Under the pieces are notes generated by a model. That model was not told the DNA's origin, ran no database searches, and saw only the letters and a list, made by a program, of their open reading frames with translations. From Candidatus Omnitrophota bacterium (lineage in GTDB: Bacteria; Omnitrophota; Gorgyraeia; Pluralincolimonadales; Pluralincolimonadaceae), in contig JBAZFB010000007.1 of NCBI GenBank assembly GCA_041653595.1, forward strand, positions 18,527 through 82,526: a stretch of 64,000 bases of DNA, given 5' to 3'. Made by a program: the position numbers and the translations under genes. Positions 9,717 through 20,446 of the stretch are shown piece by piece. The first letter of the stretch is position 1; each line of letters begins with the position of its first letter.

Positions 9717-10329
9717 GCTTAAGGACTATACCCTCTATGATAACAGCTATGTCTTCGCATTTATCGGTGGCCGTCTCGAGATATTCGTAGATATCCCTCC
9801 ACTTGATGACTTCAAGCGCGTCGGCCTTCTCGTCGAATAATTTCGCTACGGCTTCCCTCTGTATCCTGTCGCCCTCGTTCTCTAGGCGGTTTATCTCGAT
9901 GCAATGCTCCATGACCTGGGAGTGTTTCAATTGCTTGAGTTTCGGCATCACGTAATTTATCTCTTCCGCCTGCTTCAAGATGACTTCCGCCATCTCTTTT
10001 ATCTCCGGCGTAGGGGCCTTAAGTTTATAGAGGACCATACGCTCGGTAGCGGCCTCGATGAAGTCCATGACGTCATCGAGGGCCGCCGTGAGCTCGTGTA
10101 TGTCTTCCCTGTCCAGGGGGGTCACAAACGTCGTGTTGAGTTTTTCCATTATCTCATGCGTGATCTGGTCGCTGTCGTGCTCGAGCCTTTCGAGCTTCGC
10201 GGCGTCCTCAGCCAAAGTGCTGAAATCGTTCGATATTTCTCTCAAGAGCTTCGCGCCCCTTAACAGGTTCTCGGCGCTTCTGACGAACATATCGAAGAAC
10301 TTCACTTCTTTAGGTATCAGGCTGAACAT
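9709..10329 (-). CDS. DUF47 / PhoU-like phosphate transport regulator (Pit accessory protein)
   Basis: All-helical ~206 aa protein with the DUF47 pattern (FDMFVRSAENL ... HELTAALDDVMDFIE). Immediately upstream of pit and overlapping it, the usual pairing. Confidence 0.8.
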   Translation of the reverse strand: MFSLIPKEVKFFDMFVRSAENLLRGAKLLREISNDFSTLAEDAAKLERLEHDSDQITHEIMEKLNTTFVTPLDREDIHELTAALDDVMDFIEAATERMVLYKLKAPTPEIKEMAEVILKQAEEINYVMPKLKQLKHSQVMEHCIEINRLENEGDRIQREAVAKLFDEKADALEVIKWRDIYEYLETATDKCEDIAVIIEGIVLKHA

Positions 10330-10367
10330 GAGACTCCTCCGCGATGAGTTTGTGGTTTATCGTTGTT

Positions 10368-12716
10368 CTATTGTGTGTCGCCCAGGGACATCTCCTTCGA
10401 ATCTCTCCTAGACCTAAGAATGACCCAAAGTATGACCGATATCCCGGCGATGCCTATAACTATGATGCCGGGGGTAAGGGTCTCGTTCTTTATCATGATG
10501 CCTACGATCAATAAAGCGACCATGTTCATGACTTTAATGAGCGGGTTCAGCGCGGGACCGGCCGTATCCTTTAAAGGATCTCCTACTGTATCGCCGGTAA
10601 CCGAGGCCTTATGGGCTTCGGAGCCTTTTCCGCCGTACAGGCCGTCCTCTATCGTTTTCTTGGCATTATCCCAGGCGCCGCCTGCGTTAGACATAAATAC
10701 CGCCAACAGCTGGCCCGAGAGGATCATGCCGGCGAGGAAACCGCCGAGCGCCTCTTTATGGAGCAACAAGCCGACAAGTATAGGAGCGAGTATCGCCAGG
10801 AGTCCCGGGCCGACAAGTTCGCTCTGCGCGGCCGCGGTGCAGATGCCGACCACGCGCCCGTAATCCGGCGTTTTCGTGCCTTCCCATATCTCTTTGTCCT
10901 TGAACTGGTTCCTTACTTCATGGACGATGAGAAATGCGGCGCGGCCTACTGCCCTTATCGTCATCGAGCTGAACAAGAACGGTATTGCGCCGCCGATCAG
11001 CAGGCCGATGAACACGTTCGGCTCTGAGATCGAGAGAGATGCCGCTATCTGCTCGTATGTTTGTCCGGTGGCTTTCGCGATGTCGGTGATATAAGCGTTA
11101 AATAGCGAAACGGCCGCTACGACTGCCGAACCTATCGCGATGCCTTTGGTGATAGCTTTTGTGGTATTGCCTACCGCGTCAAGGTCGGCCAGGGTCTGGC
11201 GCGCGGCCTTATCGAGATGCGCCATCTCGCCGATGCCGTTCGCGTTATCCGCGACCGGACCGAAGACATCCATCGAGATGTTGTTGCCGGTCAATGTCAA
11301 CATGCCGATACCGCACATCGCGACGCCGTAAGCGATATACGTCGGGTTCGTGCCGGCGTAGATCAGGACCGAAGCGCCGATAGCCGCCGCGATTATCAGG
11401 ATGGCCCAGACCGTCGACTCGTATCCGACGGCGATGCCGGTGATGATCGTGGTCGCGTGGCCGGTCTGCGTCGCTCTCGCGATGGACTTTACAGGCGCGG
11501 CTTCGGGTTTCGTGAAATATTCCGTCACGCGGTTTATGGTGATGGCCAGGATGATACCGACCATTGTCGTGTATACTGGCCTCATATCAAGCCCGGCCAC
11601 GCCGAAGCTCGCCCAATTCGCAAGCTGCGTCTTCTCAGGGAACCTCAGATAATAGAACCCGATGGCGCAGAAACCGACGATCGAGACCGCGGCCGACGAC
11701 CAGAAACCGACGTTGATGGCGTGCATCGCATTCCTGACCTTATCGCTCGTACGGACAAGGTAGGTGCCGAAGATGGAACTTAAAACTCCGACCGCGCGGA
11801 CTAAGAGCGGGAATATGACGCCCTTGTGGCCGAACGACGCCCATCCGAGGATCATCGCCGAGACGATCGTGACTTCATAAGACTCGAAGATGTCAGCCGC
11901 CATGCCTGCGCAGTCGCCGACGTTATCGCCGACGTTATCGGCGATGGTCGCGGCATTCCTTGGATCATCTTCCGGGATGCCCTTTTCGATCTTCCCGACG
12001 AGGTCCGCGCCGACATCAGCGGCTTTCGTGTAGATACCTCCGCCGACCCTCATGAACAAAGCCAGGAGCGTGCCGCCGAAACCGAAACCGAGCAGGACTT
12101 CATACGCCTGCTCGCCGTATATCATGAATATTACCGTGCCGCCCAACAGCCCGAGGCCGTCGGTGAGCATACCGGTGATCGTTCCCGTGCGATAGGCGAT
12201 CTTAAGCGCCTGGCCGAAGCTCGTCCTCGCGGCCGCGGCTACGCGGACATTTCCCTGGACAGCCAGGTTCATGCCGACGAAACCGACCATCGCCGAGAAG
12301 AACGCGCCCATCAAAAACGCGCACGACCTTCCTATCTGTATGTGCGTGGCGCCCGCGGTGAAATACAGCGCGGCCGTCAGGATGAACATCAAAAATACTA
12401 TCGCCTTGAACTGGCGGCTTAAGTACGCGTTCGCGCCGATGCGGATGGCATCGGAGATCTCCTGCATCTTCGGCGTCCCTTTGTCATAGCGGAGCACCTG
12501 CGCCATCAAAAACCCGGCATATAAAAGACCGAGTATGGCGACACCAAGGATCGACCATAGCGCGAATTTTTCCATCACCGAAAAAGCCGGGCTGTACATG
12601 AAAGCGAACGCCTTGAACCCCTCGCCCGCGGGCGCAACGGCTTCCAACGCCAGCGCCATATTGGACAATAATACTAGTGCGGCAACAACTAAGAATAACT
12701 TAGACGACCTTTTCAT
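10368..12716 (-). CDS. hppA: membrane-bound proton/sodium-translocating pyrophosphatase (H+-PPase)
   Basis: GDNVGDNVGDCAG and DxxGD motifs, ~780 aa with ~16 TM segments. Start trimmed to MKRSSKLF; the track's upstream extension uses a non-ATG start. Confidence 0.95.
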   Translation of the reverse strand: MKRSSKLFLVVAALVLLSNMALALEAVAPAGEGFKAFAFMYSPAFSVMEKFALWSILGVAILGLLYAGFLMAQVLRYDKGTPKMQEISDAIRIGANAYLSRQFKAIVFLMFILTAALYFTAGATHIQIGRSCAFLMGAFFSAMVGFVGMNLAVQGNVRVAAAARTSFGQALKIAYRTGTITGMLTDGLGLLGGTVIFMIYGEQAYEVLLGFGFGGTLLALFMRVGGGIYTKAADVGADLVGKIEKGIPEDDPRNAATIADNVGDNVGDCAGMAADIFESYEVTIVSAMILGWASFGHKGVIFPLLVRAVGVLSSIFGTYLVRTSDKVRNAMHAINVGFWSSAAVSIVGFCAIGFYYLRFPEKTQLANWASFGVAGLDMRPVYTTMVGIILAITINRVTEYFTKPEAAPVKSIARATQTGHATTIITGIAVGYESTVWAILIIAAAIGASVLIYAGTNPTYIAYGVAMCGIGMLTLTGNNISMDVFGPVADNANGIGEMAHLDKAARQTLADLDAVGNTTKAITKGIAIGSAVVAAVSLFNAYITDIAKATGQTYEQIAASLSISEPNVFIGLLIGGAIPFLFSSMTIRAVGRAAFLIVHEVRNQFKDKEIWEGTKTPDYGRVVGICTAAAQSELVGPGLLAILAPILVGLLLHKEALGGFLAGMILSGQLLAVFMSNAGGAWDNAKKTIEDGLYGGKGSEAHKASVTGDTVGDPLKDTAGPALNPLIKVMNMVALLIVGIMIKNETLTPGIIVIGIAGISVILWVILRSRRDSKEMSLGDTQ

Positions 12717-12720
12717 TTTA

Positions 12721-14001
12721 TTACTTCTTTCCTCCCATCTTGAATACCTGCTCACGCCTGCTACCAACAGAGACGAGTTCTATCTTTACGCCAATGAGGC
12801 TCTCGAGCTTCCTGAGGTACCTCTTGGCGTTAGTTGGTAATTTCGAGAAGCTCCCGGTGCCCGAGGTATCCTCTCCCCAGCCCGGAAGCTCTTCATAGAC
12901 CGGCTCGACATCCCAGAGCATCTCGATGTTCGCCGGAAAATCTTTATATGTCTTTCCTTTATACTTGTACGCGACCGCGATCTTTATTGTCTCCAACTCG
13001 TCTAAGACATCGAGTTTCGTGACCACGATGGCATCGAGGCTGTTGACCAGCGCCGAGTGCCGGACTATCAGGCTGTCGAACCAGCCGCATCTCCTGGGCC
13101 GGCCGGTCGTCGCGCCGAACTCCTTGCCCTTCTGCCTTATGACTTCCATCAGGTCCGGGCCGAATTCGGTGGGAAAAGGCCCTTCCCCGACGCGCGTAGT
13201 ATACGCCTTTACCACGCCGACTACTTTGTCGATCTTCGACGGACCGAGGCCTGTGCCGGTGCACGCGCCGCCGGCTGTCGCGTTGGAACTCGTGACATAC
13301 GGGTACGTGCCGTGGTCGACGTCAAGGAGCGTCCCCTGCGCGCCTTCGAGCAGGAGCCTTTTTTTCTTCTTGACCGCCTCGTTTAAGATTATGGTGGTAT
13401 TGCAGGCGTACTTCGCTATCTTCTTCCTGTATTCGACGAACTGGTTATAGATCTCGTAGAACGAGAACCCCGAATGGCCGTACAATTTCTGCAGGGTCTC
13501 GTTCTTTGCCGCGATATTCTCGCTTAATTTCTTTTTGAATAACTCGTCATCTAAAAGGTCTGCGAGCCTGATGCCGCACCTGCCGACCTTGTCGACATAA
13601 CACGGCCCGATACCGCGGCCTGTCGTGCCGATCTTCTTGCGGCGCTCGCTTAGGCGGTCGATCTCCTTGTGATAAGGGAATATCAGGTGGACCTGGTCGC
13701 TGACCTTCAGGTTATCATCGACTTCTATCCCTTTGGAGCGCAAGCTTTCTATTTCGCTTATGAGCGCCTCCGGGTCTACGACGACGCCGTTGCCGATGAC
13801 GCAGATCTTGCCTTTATGCAGTATCCCGGACGGGACAAGATGCAGGATGAACTCCTCGTTGCCGATGACCACGGTGTGGCCGGCGTTATTGCCGCCCTGG
13901 TACCGCACGATATAATCGGCGTCGCGGGAGAAGATATCTATTATCTTCCCCTTGCCCTCGTCTCCCCACTGCGCGCCTACTACGACTGTGTTTTTTGCCA
14001 T
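12721..14001 (-). CDS. purA: adenylosuccinate synthetase
   Basis: N-terminal VVVGAQWGDEGKGK P-loop and GGNNAGHT motif, 426 aa. Confidence 0.95.
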   Translation of the reverse strand: MAKNTVVVGAQWGDEGKGKIIDIFSRDADYIVRYQGGNNAGHTVVIGNEEFILHLVPSGILHKGKICVIGNGVVVDPEALISEIESLRSKGIEVDDNLKVSDQVHLIFPYHKEIDRLSERRKKIGTTGRGIGPCYVDKVGRCGIRLADLLDDELFKKKLSENIAAKNETLQKLYGHSGFSFYEIYNQFVEYRKKIAKYACNTTIILNEAVKKKKRLLLEGAQGTLLDVDHGTYPYVTSSNATAGGACTGTGLGPSKIDKVVGVVKAYTTRVGEGPFPTEFGPDLMEVIRQKGKEFGATTGRPRRCGWFDSLIVRHSALVNSLDAIVVTKLDVLDELETIKIAVAYKYKGKTYKDFPANIEMLWDVEPVYEELPGWGEDTSGTGSFSKLPTNAKRYLRKLESLIGVKIELVSVGSRREQVFKMGGKK

Positions 14002-14002
14002 A

Positions 14003-15586
14003 TTAGAATTTTATCAGTTTGGCGTCCAGCACATGTTTCGCCGAACGTATCTCTTTCATGACCGGTTCCGGGACTTCCTCATCGAGGTTGAGGACCGTCA
14101 TCGCGTGGCCGCCGACCTTCGTCCTCCCCAGCGTCATGCCTGCGATATTGATCTTGTGTTGGCCGAGCACGGTCCCTATCTGGCCGACGATCCCGGGCTT
14201 GTCCTCGTTCGAGAGTATCAAAAGATACCCGGTAGTCGAGGCCTCTACGTAGAAATCGTTTATCTTGACTATGCGCGGGTTCTTCCTCGGGGAGAGCGTG
14301 CCGGCAACCACAACCTTGCCCTTGTCGGTCTGCGCCTCGACGATTATGAGGTTTGCGAACTCCTCGGCCTGCGAGGTCTTCGTTTCAACGATCTTTATCC
14401 CGCGCTCCTTGGCTATGAACGATGCGTTGACGAAATTGACCGTCTCCTGGAGTACGGGCGTCAGCAGCCCTTTCAGGAAGGCGATCGTCACCGACGCGAG
14501 GTCATGCTCGATGATATCTCCGGAATATTGGACCTTCACTTCCGCTATCCTTGCATCGGCCAACTGCCCGACCACAAGCCCCATCTTTTCGGCAAGGGTA
14601 ATATACGGCCGTATGACCTTGTATATCTCCGGGTCGACGCACGGGACGTTTACGGCGTTCCTGCAGCCGCGGCCCAGAAGCGCGTCGGCGACCTGCTTGG
14701 CGACCTCGATGGCGACGTTTACCTGCGCCTCCTCGGTGGACGCGCCCAAATGCGGCGTCGCGACGAGCTTTTCGTTCTTGAACATCGTGAAATCTTTCGG
14801 CGGTTCCTCCTCGTATACGTCGAGGGCCGCGCCCGCGACCTTGCCCGACTCGAGGGCCTTGATGAGCGCCTTCTCGTCGATGATGCCGCCGCGCGCGCAG
14901 TTGATCAGGCGCACGCCTTTTTTCATCTGCTCGAATTCCTTTTCGCCTATCAAGTGTTTCGTCTCGCTGGTTATAGGCGTGTGGACGGTGATGTAATCCG
15001 ATTCAGTAATAATATCTTTTATTTCTACCAGCTCGACGCCGAGGTCGTTTGCCCTCGCGACCGTAAGGAACGGGTCGTAAGCAATGACCCTCATGCCGAA
15101 CGCCATACCGCGCCTGGCGACTTCGGTGCCGATGCGGCCGAGGCCGATGATGCCGAGCGTCTTGCCGTAGAGCTCGACGCCCATATATTTATTCCTGTCC
15201 CATTTGCCTTCTTTTAACGAGGCGTTCGCGTTCGGGACGTTGCGCGACATCGAGAGCATCAAAGACCACGTGTGCTCGCAGGTGGATATCGTGTTTCCGG
15301 CCGGCGTATTCATGACGATGATACCGCGTTTCGAGGCGGCATCCGCGTCGACATTATCCAATCCGACGCCCGCGCGCCCGATGACCTTAAGTTTCGTCGC
15401 GGCTTCTATGATATCCTTGTTGACCTTGGTGCTGCTGCGGACGACGAGGGCGTCATAATCCTTTATGATCGCCTTGAGTTCCTCCGGCGGGAGCTTCAAC
15501 TTCACATCCACCTGAAGTTCTTTTTCGTCCTTTAATACTTTTAACCCTTCTTCGGACAGCGCGTCGCTTACGAGCACCTTGTACAT
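14003..15586 (-). CDS. serA: D-3-phosphoglycerate dehydrogenase with C-terminal ACT domain
   Basis: 2-hydroxyacid dehydrogenase NAD-binding motif GIIGLGRIG, catalytic region, and an ASB+ACT tail. 527 aa, typical of long-form SerA. Confidence 0.95.
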   Translation of the reverse strand: MYKVLVSDALSEEGLKVLKDEKELQVDVKLKLPPEELKAIIKDYDALVVRSSTKVNKDIIEAATKLKVIGRAGVGLDNVDADAASKRGIIVMNTPAGNTISTCEHTWSLMLSMSRNVPNANASLKEGKWDRNKYMGVELYGKTLGIIGLGRIGTEVARRGMAFGMRVIAYDPFLTVARANDLGVELVEIKDIITESDYITVHTPITSETKHLIGEKEFEQMKKGVRLINCARGGIIDEKALIKALESGKVAGAALDVYEEEPPKDFTMFKNEKLVATPHLGASTEEAQVNVAIEVAKQVADALLGRGCRNAVNVPCVDPEIYKVIRPYITLAEKMGLVVGQLADARIAEVKVQYSGDIIEHDLASVTIAFLKGLLTPVLQETVNFVNASFIAKERGIKIVETKTSQAEEFANLIIVEAQTDKGKVVVAGTLSPRKNPRIVKINDFYVEASTTGYLLILSNEDKPGIVGQIGTVLGQHKINIAGMTLGRTKVGGHAMTVLNLDEEVPEPVMKEIRSAKHVLDAKLIKF

Positions 15587-15600
15587 TTTGTCCTCTCCTC

Positions 15601-16257
15601 TTAGATTATTATAAGGGCACCGCAGATCATTATTGCCAGCCCTGCCAAAGCGTGCGTGTAACGTTCTATCTTCCTTGCCGGAAGCAGGTCAAGTCCTAAT
15701 AAAGACACCGTGATGACGCCGATCATGGTGACGATCGTAACGGCTCCGAAGATGATCGTCACCACGGCCGCTTCCATCATGCTGTTCCTCATCGCCGGGT
15801 ACATGACGAGAGGTATCAGCACCTCGCACGGCCCGAATATGAATATCGCGAAGAGCACCCACGGCGTTATGTTCGCCTCGCTGCCGCGGTCATGCACATG
15901 GAGATGCTCGTCGTTATGCGTATGGATCTTATTCCTGGCGGCCTGCCTCATTCCCCATATGAAATACACCAGGCCGAATGCTATGAACAGCCACGCCGCT
16001 ATGCTGTCCCGCGCGGCATCGAAGGCTTTTATCTTGCTTAGCGCCACTCCGAGGGCGAGGCCTATTACCCCCAAAAGGACGGCGCTTAAAATATGCCCTA
16101 TGCCGCACAAAAATGTTATAAAGACCGTCTTCGGCAAAGACCATTTGCGGGCGCGCGCGATCATTATAAAAGGAACATAATGGTCTGGGCCTGCTATCGT
16201 ATGGAAGAAACCCAGTGATGCCGCCGTGGCGGCCAACACCATCGTTTCGCCAGACAC
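15601..16257 (-). CDS. putative metal (Ni/Co-type) transporter-like membrane protein with a histidine-rich loop
   Basis: Six predicted TM helices in two halves. The first helix carries FFHTIAGPDH (H-x5-DH, close to the NiCoT HX4DH signature); the second half has GPCE. Central loop HTHNDEHLHVHDRGSE. Family assignment is uncertain. Confidence 0.45.
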   Translation of the reverse strand: MSGETMVLAATAASLGFFHTIAGPDHYVPFIMIARARKWSLPKTVFITFLCGIGHILSAVLLGVIGLALGVALSKIKAFDAARDSIAAWLFIAFGLVYFIWGMRQAARNKIHTHNDEHLHVHDRGSEANITPWVLFAIFIFGPCEVLIPLVMYPAMRNSMMEAAVVTIIFGAVTIVTMIGVITVSLLGLDLLPARKIERYTHALAGLAIMICGALIII

Positions 16258-16266
16258 TTAAATCTC

Positions 16267-17433
16267 CTATGCTGCTTCGACCGGACCCCTGTCGCGGCCT
16301 TCGAGCAATACTTCTTCGGCGGCCTCGACCCCTACTCCGGGTTCACCCCTGAATCCCATCTCGGCGAGCGCCATGCCGAGCACGGCGATCGTCATGAGTA
16401 TGTCCGTATCCGTTATATAACCCATATGCGCGATGCGGATAACCTTGCCCTTAAGCTCGGCCTGGCCTCCGGCTATTCCCACGCCGTATTTATCCCTCAT
16501 ATGTTTTACGAGTTTCTCGCCGTCTATGCCTTCGGGTAAGCGCACAGCCGTAACGCCGTTCGAGGGCGCGGTCGGCGCGAAGAGCTTAAGCCCCATCGCC
16601 TCCATCGCCTCGCGGGTCGCGAGAGCCAGTATCTTGTGGCGGTTAAATATCACGTCGAGGCCTTCCTTCTTCATCATCCTCAGCGTCTCGCGCAGCGCGA
16701 TGACCAGCGATATCGCCGGGGTGAAAGGAGTGTCCGTCGCATCGATCGCTTTTTTCGCCTTCTTAAGGCTAAGGTAATATCTCGGACTCTTGGATTTCTC
16801 GACCTTCTCCCACGCCTTCTTGCTCAAAGATATGAATGCGAGCCCCGGGGGTATCATGAGCCCCTTCTGCGAACCGGAGACCACGACGTCTATGCCCCAA
16901 TCGTCGGTCTTTATATCTTCGGCTCCGAGGCCGGAGATCGCGTCGACCGCGATGACCGCGTTATGGGCCTTGGTTATCTGGGCTATCGCTTTGATGTCGG
17001 TCAGCACGCCGGTCGAGGTCTCGCACAGCGTCGTAAAGACCGCCTGTATGCCCGCGTCCTTCTTTAATTCCGCTTCGATGGCTTTCGGGTCGACCGCCTT
17101 GCCCCATTCAACGTTTATTATTATAGGAGTAATGCCGTATGCTTTGCAGAGTTCGGTCCATCTCTCGCCGAATTTACCGCCCTGAACGCATATCGCCTTA
17201 TCGCCCGGCGAAAGCAGGTTGGCGACCGCGGCTTCCATGGCGCCGGTGCCCGAGGAGGTCAACGTTATTACGTCATTTTGCGTCTGGAAAACAAATTTTA
17301 AGAGTTCGCATACTTCCTTAAATATCTCCATGAACTCCGGGGTCCTGTGATGGATTATCGGTTCTGCCATGGCGAGCAATGCCTGAGGCGGGACAGGCGT
17401 GGGTCCCGGCGTCATAAGATAATTCTTTTTCAT
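16267..17433 (-). CDS. class V aminotransferase (serine-pyruvate/phosphoserine aminotransferase type); probably the phosphoserine aminotransferase partner of serA
   Basis: MTPGPTPVP N-terminus and PLP-lysine region (SGSQKGLMIPPG), typical of AGT/class V enzymes. Close to serA. Confidence 0.8.
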   Translation of the reverse strand: MKKNYLMTPGPTPVPPQALLAMAEPIIHHRTPEFMEIFKEVCELLKFVFQTQNDVITLTSSGTGAMEAAVANLLSPGDKAICVQGGKFGERWTELCKAYGITPIIINVEWGKAVDPKAIEAELKKDAGIQAVFTTLCETSTGVLTDIKAIAQITKAHNAVIAVDAISGLGAEDIKTDDWGIDVVVSGSQKGLMIPPGLAFISLSKKAWEKVEKSKSPRYYLSLKKAKKAIDATDTPFTPAISLVIALRETLRMMKKEGLDVIFNRHKILALATREAMEAMGLKLFAPTAPSNGVTAVRLPEGIDGEKLVKHMRDKYGVGIAGGQAELKGKVIRIAHMGYITDTDILMTIAVLGMALAEMGFRGEPGVGVEAAEEVLLEGRDRGPVEAA

Positions 17434-17444
17434 TCCTTACCCTC

Positions 17445-19814
17445 CTAGGTTTGTATTGGTAAATGTTGGTATACGGCGGCTTTCCTGCATTTCCTTTCAA
17501 GCGCTATCTCCAGGACCTGGTCCATATATTCGACGGGTATTATCTTTAAATCCTTTAATACGGCCTTCGGTATCTCCACGAGGTCCTTTTCGTTCTCTTT
17601 CGGTATTATGACCGTCTTGATGCCGACCATGTGCGCGGCGAGTATCTTTGACTTGAGCCCGCCTATCGGCAGGACTTTGCCTCGCAGGGTTATTTCGCCC
17701 GTCATCGCGACGTCTTTTTTTACCGGGCATTTCGTCAGGCTCGATACAAGCGCGGTCGCCATCGTGATGCCGGCCGACGGGCCGTCCTTCGGTATCGCGC
17801 CTTCAGGTACGTGTATATGGATATCCAGTTTCTTATAAAAATTATCATCTATGCCGAATTCCCTGGCGTGCGAGCGGATATAACTCAACGCCGCCTGCGC
17901 CGATTCCTGCATGACCTCGCCGAGTTTTCCGGTCAGGGTCAATTTCCCTTTTCCGGTCATGAGGGTCGATTCTATGGAGATGATATCGCCGCCCGCCTCT
18001 GTCCAGGCAAGCCCCGTGGAGACACCGACCTCGTTCTTCTCTTCCTTCTTCGGCTCGGTGAACTGGACCGGGCCGAGATATTTCTCGATCCGCTTTCCGG
18101 TAAGGCGAATCTTCAGGTCCTTCTCTTTCTTCACGACGTCCTTGGCTATCCGCCTGCAGACGCGCGCTATCTCGCGCTCGAGGTTCCGGACGCCCGCCTC
18201 GCGCGTATACCTGCGCACTATCCTTAATATGGCATCCGCAGTGAATTTTATATTCTCTTCCTTAAGGCCGTGCAGTTTTATCTGCTTGGGGATAAGGAAC
18301 CCCTGCGCGATCTTCACCTTTTCGTATTCGGTATAACCCGAAAGTTTTATCATCTCCATCCTGTCCTGCAGGGGCAGGGGTATATTGTCCTGGAAGTTCG
18401 CTGTCGTAATGAACATGACATCCGAGAGGTCGAACTCCACTTCGAGATAATGGTCGGAAAATGTCGAATTCTGCTCCGGGTCGAGCACCTCGAGCAGCGC
18501 CGCGGCGGGGTCGCCCCTGAAATCCGTGGACATCTTGTCGACCTCGTCGAGCAAAAAGACCGGGTTCCTCGATTTCGCTTTCCTTATGGATTGTACGACG
18601 CGGCCCGGGAGGGATCCGATATATGTCCTGCGGTGGCCGCGTATCTCGGCCTCGTCACGAACGCCTCCGAGGGAGACGCGGACGAAATTGCGGCCGAGCG
18701 TCCGGGCGATGGACTTCGCCAGCGAGGTCTTTCCCACGCCGGGAGGCCCGACGAAACAGAGTATCTGGCCCTTCATCGACTTTACGAGCTTGCGGACGGC
18801 AAGGTATTCGAGGATCCTTTCCTTCGGTTTCTCGAGGCCGTAATGGTCCTCGTTCAATATCTTCTCGGCGTTCTTGATGTCGAGGTTGTCGTCGGTCTTG
18901 ACAGACCACGGCAGCGCGACGAGCCAGTCGATGTAATTACGCGAGACGGTCGCCTCCGGGGAGGTCGGGTACATCCTCGAGAGTTTCTCGACCTCGCGCA
19001 GCGCTATATCCAGCGCTTCCTTCGGCATCTTCGCCTGTTTTATCTTCTCCTTAAGGTCATCAAGCTCGTTCTTATAATCGTCCTTCTGGCCGAGCTCTTT
19101 CTCTATGGCCTTAAGCTGTTCCTGGAGGAAATATTCCTTTTGCGCTTTCTCTATCTGCTTCCTGACGGTAGATGATATCTTTTTTTCTATCTGGAGTATG
19201 CCGATCTCGGAATTGAGGACTTCGGTAAGGCGCTTGATCCTCTCGACCGGATCGATGATCTCGAGTATCACCTGCCTCTCCGCGACCCTCATCGTGAGAT
19301 ACGACGCGACCGTGTCCGCCATCTGGTCCGGGTCCGGGATGTTCGCGATCGTCGCGAACGCCTCGGTCGGGACGCGCTGGTTCAGTTTGACATACTCCTC
19401 GAACTGGTTGACCAGCGAGCGCATCTGCGCCTCGACCTCGATCGTCTTCTCGACCGGCACTGAGGCGTATTCGATCCCTGCATTAAGATATTCCTTGGTA
19501 GGCAGGAGTTTCTTTACCTTCGCGCGGTAGAGCCCCTCGACGAGTAACTTATACGAGCCGTCCGGCAGTTTTACCGACTGGATTATCTGGCCGACCGTGC
19601 CGGACTGGTAGATATCGTCAAGCGAAGGTTCCTCGACCTTTACCGATCTCTGCGCGCAGAGAAGGATCGTCTTATCTTTGGATAAGGCTTCCTCGACCGC
19701 GGCTATGGACTTCTCGCGCCCGACCACAAGGGGGACGACCATAAAAGGAAATACGACCATATCCCTCAGGGGCAGAAGCGGCAATGACTCTTTTAACTGG
19801 TGTTCTTTTTTCAT
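17445..19814 (-). CDS. lon: ATP-dependent Lon protease
   Basis: N-terminal LON domain ([13 protein letters not shown]), AAA+ Walker [10 protein letters not shown], and C-terminal protease domain with catalytic PKDGPSAG. Confidence 0.95.
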   Translation of the reverse strand: MKKEHQLKESLPLLPLRDMVVFPFMVVPLVVGREKSIAAVEEALSKDKTILLCAQRSVKVEEPSLDDIYQSGTVGQIIQSVKLPDGSYKLLVEGLYRAKVKKLLPTKEYLNAGIEYASVPVEKTIEVEAQMRSLVNQFEEYVKLNQRVPTEAFATIANIPDPDQMADTVASYLTMRVAERQVILEIIDPVERIKRLTEVLNSEIGILQIEKKISSTVRKQIEKAQKEYFLQEQLKAIEKELGQKDDYKNELDDLKEKIKQAKMPKEALDIALREVEKLSRMYPTSPEATVSRNYIDWLVALPWSVKTDDNLDIKNAEKILNEDHYGLEKPKERILEYLAVRKLVKSMKGQILCFVGPPGVGKTSLAKSIARTLGRNFVRVSLGGVRDEAEIRGHRRTYIGSLPGRVVQSIRKAKSRNPVFLLDEVDKMSTDFRGDPAAALLEVLDPEQNSTFSDHYLEVEFDLSDVMFITTANFQDNIPLPLQDRMEMIKLSGYTEYEKVKIAQGFLIPKQIKLHGLKEENIKFTADAILRIVRRYTREAGVRNLEREIARVCRRIAKDVVKKEKDLKIRLTGKRIEKYLGPVQFTEPKKEEKNEVGVSTGLAWTEAGGDIISIESTLMTGKGKLTLTGKLGEVMQESAQAALSYIRSHAREFGIDDNFYKKLDIHIHVPEGAIPKDGPSAGITMATALVSSLTKCPVKKDVAMTGEITLRGKVLPIGGLKSKILAAHMVGIKTVIIPKENEKDLVEIPKAVLKDLKIIPVEYMDQVLEIALERKCRKAAVYQHLPIQT

Positions 19815-19836
19815 ATTCTATGGATAGGGAATAAAG

Positions 19837-20445
19837 TTATTTTTTCTTTCCGGTTATGACTTCATCGACCAGGCCGTAGGTCTTCGCCTCTTCGGCGCTC
19901 AGGAAATAATCCCTGTCCGTGTCTTTCTTTATCTTGTCGAGCGGCTGGCCTGTGTGCTTGGCGAGTATCTCTTCTATCTTGTCGCGCATCCTCAATATCT
20001 CTTTCGCCTGGATGCTTATATCCGCGGCCGCGCCCTGCGTCCCGCCCCAGGGCTGGTGCATCATTATGCGCGCGTTCGGGAGGGCGAACCTCTTGCCCTT
20101 CGTGCCGGCGGCTAAAAGTATCGCGCCCATAGAGGTCGCCTGTCCGATGCAGTAAGTGCAGACATCGGGTTTCAAGAACTGTATCGTATCGTAGACCGCG
20201 AGTCCGGAAGTCACGACCCCGCCCGGCGTATTTATGTATACGCTGATGTCCTTATCGGGATCTTCCATCTGCAGGAAGAGCAGCTGGGCGATGACAAGGT
20301 TGGCGACGACATCGTCTATCGGAGTGCCGATAAATATTATCCTGTCCTTAAGGAGCCTCGAATAGATGTCATACGCGCGTTCCCCGCGCCCTGACTGCTC
20401 GACTACCATGGGAACGAGCATCTGCGACCGTTCCTTGTCTGCCAT
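19837..20445 (-). CDS. clpP: ATP-dependent Clp protease proteolytic subunit
   Basis: [17 protein letters not shown] and TYCIGQAASMGA(ILL) active-site region, 202 aa. Confidence 0.95.
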   Translation of the reverse strand: MADKERSQMLVPMVVEQSGRGERAYDIYSRLLKDRIIFIGTPIDDVVANLVIAQLLFLQMEDPDKDISVYINTPGGVVTSGLAVYDTIQFLKPDVCTYCIGQATSMGAILLAAGTKGKRFALPNARIMMHQPWGGTQGAAADISIQAKEILRMRDKIEEILAKHTGQPLDKIKKDTDRDYFLSAEEAKTYGLVDEVITGKKK

Positions 20446-20446
20446 T

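Noticed and set aside
12717-12767. N-terminal extension of the pyrophosphatase ORF (MVAGVSRYSRWEERSNK...)
   Set aside because: The track labels GTG/TTG as M, and the extension would overlap the purA stop. The downstream MKRSSKLF start gives a sensible signal/TM N-terminus.
13952-15217. 421-aa plus-strand ORF, and similar long plus-strand ORFs at 20789-21808, 34484-35557, 40884-41804, 18270-19175 and 59388-60278
   Set aside because: Each lies entirely antisense to a well-supported minus-strand gene (serA, tig, pyrG, GT9, lon, ilvC). Their translations are Arg/Pro/Gly/Leu-rich low complexity typical of shadow frames in GC-rich coding DNA, and they have no recognisable motifs or RBS.
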